From the IMG/VR virus record IMGVR_UViG_3300042360_000665, positions 1 to 49,900 of that record: a stretch of 49,900 nucleotides of DNA; one strand, written 5' to 3'. Shown here piece after piece: positions 45,172 to 49,900 of this stretch. This stretch comes from a virus (lineage: Duplodnaviria > Caudoviricetes). The notes below the pieces were generated by a model, which saw nothing but the letters and a program-made list of their open reading frames with translations, did not search any database and had not been told where the DNA came from. Within the stretch, counting starts at the first letter, position 1, and the number at the start of each line of letters is the position of its first letter. The translations under genes were made by a program, and so were the position numbers.

Positions 45172-47796
45172 ATGGCTGATGCCATTGCTGCGGCCCGGGG
45201 CCGCTGGCCGGAGATCCTTGCTGCCCTGGCAGGGCTGAGCGACGCGGAGCTGAGCGATCGCCATCAGCCCTGCCCGCTCTGCGGCGGAACCGATCGCTAC
45301 CGCTTTGACGACAAGGACGGCAGCGGCTCCTGGTTCTGCAACCAGTGCGGCGGCAAGGACCAGCGCGGGGGTGCTGGCTCCGGCATCGATCTGCTGATGC
45401 GCCGGCAGGGCTGGAGCTTTGTGGAGGCCGCCCGGCAGGTGGAGGCCTTTCTTGGCCTGGTGCCTGATCACCAGGACACCCGTGCCGGCAGTGCCACCAG
45501 CCGAAACGGCAAGCCCTGGCGCATGCCCGAGAAGCCGCCTGCCGATGCGCCGCCGCCGCCTTTGAACCGTGGTGCCACCGCCCAGTGGGCCTACCGCAAT
45601 GCCGCAGGGGAGGTGCTGTTCTGGATCCAGCGGATCAAGCTGCGCAGCGGCGCCAAAGCCTTCCTGCATCGGGTCTGGCTCGATGGGGACTGGCATCGCC
45701 CCAGCCGCCGCGATGCCTTCACCTGCGACTGGCCTGCCCCCAGGCCGCTTTATGGGCTGCCGAATCTGCACCGGCGCCGCGAGGCTCCGGTGCTGGTGGT
45801 GGAAGGGGAGGGCACTGCCAATGCGGCCGCTCGCCTTTTCCCCGAGCACGTGGTGCTGACCTGGCCCAACGGATCCAAGGCGATCGCCAAGGGGGACTGG
45901 ACGCCGCTCGCCGGCCGCTCGGTGACGCTCTGGCCTGATGCCGATGCCGCCGGACTGGAGGCTATGGAGAGCCTGGCCGCCTTGCTGCATCCACTGGACT
46001 GCCAGCTGCAACTGGTGGCCCTGCCGGCCGATCTGCCCCAGGGGTGGGACCTGGCCGATGCCGACTGGACGCCTCGGCAGGCTGCTCGCCAACTGGCGAA
46101 AGCAGCCCAGCCATGGACCCCGCCAGAAGCGGGTGGCGCTGGCAATGGCGATGGGCCTCCTCCCGCGCCGGCGGGTGCTGCAGCCCCCAGGCCGGCAGCG
46201 CCCTTCCTCTGCCTGGGCTACGACGTCGACGCGAACTTTTACCAACCTTCCAGCACCGGTCAGGTGATTCGGCTGCCCCGCGGCTGCCACACCGCCACCC
46301 ACCTCGTCGCCCTGGCACCACTGGAGTACTGGGAGAGCCTCTACCCCAGCCGCACCGGTGTGAACTGGCCGGCGGCGGCCAGTGATCTGCACAAGAGCTC
46401 CGCCGCGATGGGGATCTTTGCGGTGGAGCGCATTCGCGGCCGCGGGGCCTGGTGGGATGAGGGCCGCACTGTGCTGCACCTCGGTGATCGCCTGATCACC
46501 CCCGACGGGGAGCACCCGATCACCAAGCCATTCCGCTCGCGGCACATCTACCAGCGCCTCGAACGCCAGGAGGGGCCCTGCGGCGTCAAACCCCTGACCG
46601 TGGAGGAAGCGGCGGTGATCGTCAGCATCGCCAACCGCTTCCGCTGGGAGGTTCCCGCCTCCGGCACCCTGCTGCAGGGCTGGGTGGTGCTGGCTCCGAT
46701 CTGCGGAGCCCTGCGCTGGCGGCCCCACCTCTGGCTCACCGCCGGTGCCGGCTCGGGGAAGAGCCAGATCCTCGATCGCTTCGTGGTGCCGCTGCTCGGC
46801 GACCTGCGCCTGGCGGTGTCGGGCGCCACGACAGAGGCCGGACTGCGCCAGACCATCTGCTCGGACGCCGTGCCGGTGGTCTTCGATGAGGCGGAGAGCA
46901 ACGAGAAGGGCGACCAGCAGCGGATGCAGTCGATCCTCTCGCTGGCGCGGGTGGCCAGCAGCGAGAGCAGCGCCGAGATGCTCAAGGGTTCCCCAAGCGG
47001 TGATGTGAGCCGCTACCGGGTGCGCTCGATGTTCCTGATGTCATCGATCGCCACCGCTCTCAAGCAGGGAGCCGACAAGAGCCGCTTCGCGCAACTCACC
47101 CTGCGCAGCCCCACCGAGATGAACCAGGAGGAACGCGAAGCCCACTGGCAGAGCCTCGATCGGGACCTCGAGCGCTACATCACCCCGCAGCTGGCACGGC
47201 GCTTGATCGCTCGGACGGTGTCGCTGATCCCGGTGATTCGCCAATCCGTGGTTGTCTTCTCGGCGGCTGCCGCCCGCCACTTCGACTCCCAGCGCCTGGG
47301 GGATCAGTACGGCACCTTGATGGCCGGCGCCTGGTCGCTGCTCAGCGATGCGGTTCCCAGCCAGAAGGAGGCCGAGGAGTGCATTGAGGTCCACAACTGG
47401 GACAGCTACAGCCAGAGCACGGAAGTCCCCGACGAGGCCCGCTGCATCCAGACGATCCTGCAGCGGCAGGTGCGGGTGGAGACCGACGACAAGCCCGTCA
47501 CCCGCACTATCGGTGAACTGGTGGAGCTGGCCGCCTGCCACAGCAGCTGCATCGACGTGAGCCCTGGCATGGCGGCCCAGACCCTGGGCCGCCATGGCCT
47601 GCGGGTGGATCAGGACCGCCTGCTGGTGAGCAACACCGCCAAGGCGATCGAGCACTTCCTGGCTGATACCGCCTGGCAGAACAGCTGGTCGGTGGTGCTG
47701 CTGCGGCTGGCCGGTGCGCAACGGGCCGGACCTGTGCGTTTCTGTGGCGCCGGCATGGTCAGCCGTGCCGTCGCCATTCCCCTGAGCGTGCTGTAA
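45172..47796 (+). CDS. Primase-helicase (P4-alpha-type Zn ribbon + TOPRIM + P-loop helicase)
   Basis: HQPCPLCGGTDRYRFDD..G.GSWFCNQCG; VVEGE; WPDADAAG; AGAGSGKS; VFDEAE. Confidence 0.9.
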   Translation: MADAIAAARGRWPEILAALAGLSDAELSDRHQPCPLCGGTDRYRFDDKDGSGSWFCNQCGGKDQRGGAGSGIDLLMRRQGWSFVEAARQVEAFLGLVPDHQDTRAGSATSRNGKPWRMPEKPPADAPPPPLNRGATAQWAYRNAAGEVLFWIQRIKLRSGAKAFLHRVWLDGDWHRPSRRDAFTCDWPAPRPLYGLPNLHRRREAPVLVVEGEGTANAAARLFPEHVVLTWPNGSKAIAKGDWTPLAGRSVTLWPDADAAGLEAMESLAALLHPLDCQLQLVALPADLPQGWDLADADWTPRQAARQLAKAAQPWTPPEAGGAGNGDGPPPAPAGAAAPRPAAPFLCLGYDVDANFYQPSSTGQVIRLPRGCHTATHLVALAPLEYWESLYPSRTGVNWPAAASDLHKSSAAMGIFAVERIRGRGAWWDEGRTVLHLGDRLITPDGEHPITKPFRSRHIYQRLERQEGPCGVKPLTVEEAAVIVSIANRFRWEVPASGTLLQGWVVLAPICGALRWRPHLWLTAGAGSGKSQILDRFVVPLLGDLRLAVSGATTEAGLRQTICSDAVPVVFDEAESNEKGDQQRMQSILSLARVASSESSAEMLKGSPSGDVSRYRVRSMFLMSSIATALKQGADKSRFAQLTLRSPTEMNQEEREAHWQSLDRDLERYITPQLARRLIARTVSLIPVIRQSVVVFSAAAARHFDSQRLGDQYGTLMAGAWSLLSDAVPSQKEAEECIEVHNWDSYSQSTEVPDEARCIQTILQRQVRVETDDKPVTRTIGELVELAACHSSCIDVSPGMAAQTLGRHGLRVDQDRLLVSNTAKAIEHFLADTAWQNSWSVVLLRLAGAQRAGPVRFCGAGMVSRAVAIPLSVL

Positions 47797-48075
47797 CCAG
47801 CAGCCGTTACAAAACGGCCAGATATAACAGCACCAGTAACGCCCAGATCGCCTGCCCCGCAAAGGATCTGGGCCTCTGTAACGATGTAACGCTCCGGGGA
47901 GCACATAGAGCCCCCTATGAATTCAAAGACCAATGCACACCTGCTCAACCAGACACTGCTGCTTGCTAATGCCTCTATATCTGAAAAAGGGTTACATCGT
48001 TACAGGCACCGCCAGAAGCCTCTACCAGCAGACGATCTCGGATGTGACGCCCACCGTCACACCGCGTCACAACTG
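47790..48075. other. Putative replication origin with TGTAAC/GTTACA iterons
   Basis: Non-coding gap after the primase gene; 15-bp inverted repeat CTGTAACGATGTAAC (47876-47890) / GTTACATCGTTACAG (47991-48005), further G(T/A)AAC and GTCACA variants, more AT-rich centre. Confidence 0.65.
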
Positions 48076-48083
48076 AAACGGCC

Positions 48084-48776
48084 ATGCACAGCACCACATC
48101 CACCTGGCTTGAGCCCATCCCCGGCCTTTGGCGGGATGAGGCAGCGCATCGGTACTGGCTGGGCGATCACCTGTTCCCGGTGTCGATCACCGGCGTGCTG
48201 GCCCATGGCCTGAGCGAGACCGCCAAACGCTCGATCGAGGCCAAGCGCCCGATCTGGGAGCCCCGCGGCACCACGGTGCATGCGGCGCTGGAGCGCTACA
48301 CCCTGGCCCGCTTCCTGGTGGGCAAGAGCGCGGCCGATGCCCTGCTGGAAGCCGAGACCCTGCCGGGTCATCACCCGTACCGGGACTGGATCCTGCCGCT
48401 GCTGCAGCTGCCGCTCTGGGATGAGGTGCAGGTGATCGCCAGCGAGCGGCTCACCTGCTGCCTGGTCCGCAACGCCGCCGGGGCCTTCGATGGGGCCTAC
48501 ATCTCACCGGCCCTGTGCGAGCGCCGGGGGCGGGAGGTGCGGGTGCTCTACGACCTCAAGACCCTCTCGGCCCACGGCCGGCCCTATTCCACCGCCGCGC
48601 AGCTGGGTGGCTACATGGTGCTGGAAGCCGCCCAGGGGAACCACTACGAGCTGGGCCAGACGATCTGGAGCAAGCCCGGCGAGGCGTTCACCAGCACCTT
48701 CTACAGCCGCGAGCAGTGCCTGGCGGCCTGGGCCGCCGCCTGGAGCTGCTATTGCTCCGCCCGCAGGCTCTTCTGA
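48084..48776 (+). CDS. PD-(D/E)XK exonuclease-like protein
   Basis: SITGVL, RGTTVHAALE, AGAFDG, VLYDLKT, AQLGGY. Confidence 0.75.
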   Translation: MHSTTSTWLEPIPGLWRDEAAHRYWLGDHLFPVSITGVLAHGLSETAKRSIEAKRPIWEPRGTTVHAALERYTLARFLVGKSAADALLEAETLPGHHPYRDWILPLLQLPLWDEVQVIASERLTCCLVRNAAGAFDGAYISPALCERRGREVRVLYDLKTLSAHGRPYSTAAQLGGYMVLEAAQGNHYELGQTIWSKPGEAFTSTFYSREQCLAAWAAAWSCYCSARRLF

Positions 48777-48880
48777 GCGCCAGGGCAGCCGCGAGCTGAA
48801 TCGATGGGCTGGCTAGCAGATGCTGGCCGCTAGATTGAGCAGGCTCGGGAACGTCCGAGCAACTGTTCTGGTGCTCTTCG

Positions 48881-49249
48881 ATGGCGGACCTCCTGCTTGC
48901 TGCTCCCCCAGCGCCGGCCGCTGACGCTGATCTCGACGCCCTGCTGGACGCGGTCACCGCGCTCAAGGCGCAGCAGAAGGAGCTGGAGCAGCAGCTCGAG
49001 CCGCTGTTGGAGGCCCTCAACACGGCGATGGCCAGCGGCCAGCTGGATCCCTCCTTCTCCCACAACGACTGGGCTTTCTCCCACAGCCCCGGCCGGCTGA
49101 CCTACGACTTCCCAGCGGCGGTGCAGCAGATCGAGAAACAGCTCAAGGCCGCCAAGGAAGCAGCGATTCAGCAGGGCAGTGCCAAGGAGAAGCGCGGCAA
49201 CGCCTTCTGGACCATTCGCCCCCCGAAGACCCAGCCCCTGCCGTTCTGA
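48881..49249 (+). CDS. Hypothetical coiled-coil phage protein
   Basis: 122-aa ATG ORF in the rightward operon. Confidence 0.65.
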   Translation: MADLLLAAPPAPAADADLDALLDAVTALKAQQKELEQQLEPLLEALNTAMASGQLDPSFSHNDWAFSHSPGRLTYDFPAAVQQIEKQLKAAKEAAIQQGSAKEKRGNAFWTIRPPKTQPLPF

Positions 49250-49253
49250 GCTG

Positions 49254-49775
49254 ATGCAATTGCGCGCTGCCAACCAGGCCGCTGCTGATCCGGTGGAGGA
49301 GCTGCGATCAGCGCCCGATCAGCAGGATGCCGATGGTGAGGCGCTGTGGGCGCCGGTGGCGGTGGATCCAAGCCGGCCGATCAGCCAGACCAACCCGCCG
49401 CGGCGGGCACCCCATCACGCCCAGACCCCCAGGGCCACCGCTGGTGAGGTGGAACGGCGGATTGCAGAAGCTCAGCTGTGGATTGCTCAGCGGTTGCCGC
49501 TGCTGGAGATCAGGGCAAAAGCGGGCGAAAGCTGGGGGGTGAACAACATCAAAACGATCAATCGCTACCTCGACCTTGCCCGCGAGCGGATGGTGGAGGA
49601 GCTGATCACCGACCGGCGGCGGCATCAGGCTGAGCAGATTTTTGCGCTGAACGAGTGCGCCAGGCGGGCGATGGATGCCGAGCAGTTCAGCGCTGCGGTG
49701 GGTGCCTTCCGGGTGATTGCTGAGATCGGTGGCCTGCTGCGGGCACCGATCAAGCCGCCGGAGCCCCGGGCATGA
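49254..49775 (+). CDS. terS: Terminase small subunit candidate
   Basis: HTH-like segment then helical region; its stop overlaps the terL ATG (ATGA). Confidence 0.6.
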   Translation: MQLRAANQAAADPVEELRSAPDQQDADGEALWAPVAVDPSRPISQTNPPRRAPHHAQTPRATAGEVERRIAEAQLWIAQRLPLLEIRAKAGESWGVNNIKTINRYLDLARERMVEELITDRRRHQAEQIFALNECARRAMDAEQFSAAVGAFRVIAEIGGLLRAPIKPPEPRA

Positions 49776-49900
49776 GAACGGTGACGACCACAGCGGCGGT
49801 GCCAACGGTTCTCCAACCCGAAGCCTCCTCATACGAGGGGGGCGGCCTGCTGTTGCCTGAGCTGGACCCCTGGGGCGACGGCGGCCTGCTTCACCTGCCG
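49772..49900 (+). CDS. terL: N-terminus of the terminase large subunit (continues at base 100)
   Basis: ATG AGA ACG... MRTVTTTAAVPTVLQPE, in frame with the ORF ending at 1617. Confidence 0.85.
   Translation, partial: MRTVTTTAAVPTVLQPEASSYEGGGLLLPELDPWGDGGLLHLP
49802..49900. repeat. Terminal 99-bp direct repeat (copy 2)
   Basis: Identical to 1-99. Confidence 0.95.

Noticed and set aside
45250-45890. HIP1 (GCGATCGC) enrichment as proof of a cyanobacterial host
   Set aside because: Only a few copies seen by eye; enrichment cannot be claimed without counting against a GC-matched expectation
48084-48776. Cas4/CRISPR system
   Set aside because: Stand-alone PD-(D/E)XK nuclease without the Cas4 cysteine cluster; no array or other cas genes seen
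49802-49900. 99-bp terminal repeat as a biological direct terminal repeat
   Set aside because: It falls inside the terL coding frame and its length matches a common assembler k-mer; it shows circularity only
1-49900. Diversity-generating retroelement, retron or IS element
   Set aside because: No reverse transcriptase or transposase motifs and no template/variable repeat pair noticed

Overview
The window is one complete circular element of about 49.8 kb (bases 49802-49900 repeat bases 1-99, an assembly overlap). It is a GC-rich temperate phage or phage-like element in its excised form: attP carries the 3' half of tRNA-Gly(CCC) next to a tyrosine integrase. The host is probably a picocyanobacterium (Cyanobium/Synechococcus-like; inference). 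Modules: packaging and head (terS, terL across the junction, portal, scaffold, major capsid, small fibre-like proteins), lysis-like genes, two SigF-like sigma factors, a ~15 kb defence island (DUF4258-like protein + degenerate MTase-TRD fusion, a two-MTase NPPF/NPPY type I R-M with HEPN and HigBA-like genes inserted, McrBC), recombination genes (Rad52-like, ERF-like, Gp157, SSB, exonuclease) and replication genes (SF2 helicase, primase-helicase, iteron origin). Three things stand out. (1) No tape measure, tail tube, sheath, baseplate or ejection-protein gene is recognisable anywhere in the complete circle. (2) A dispersed family of large covarying hairpins sits upstream of short minus-strand genes, resembling ssDNA (Frpo-type) promoters; two of those genes look like paralogues. 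(3) Several toxin-like genes are nested in the R-M locus. All protein calls are by motif recognition only; no searches were run.
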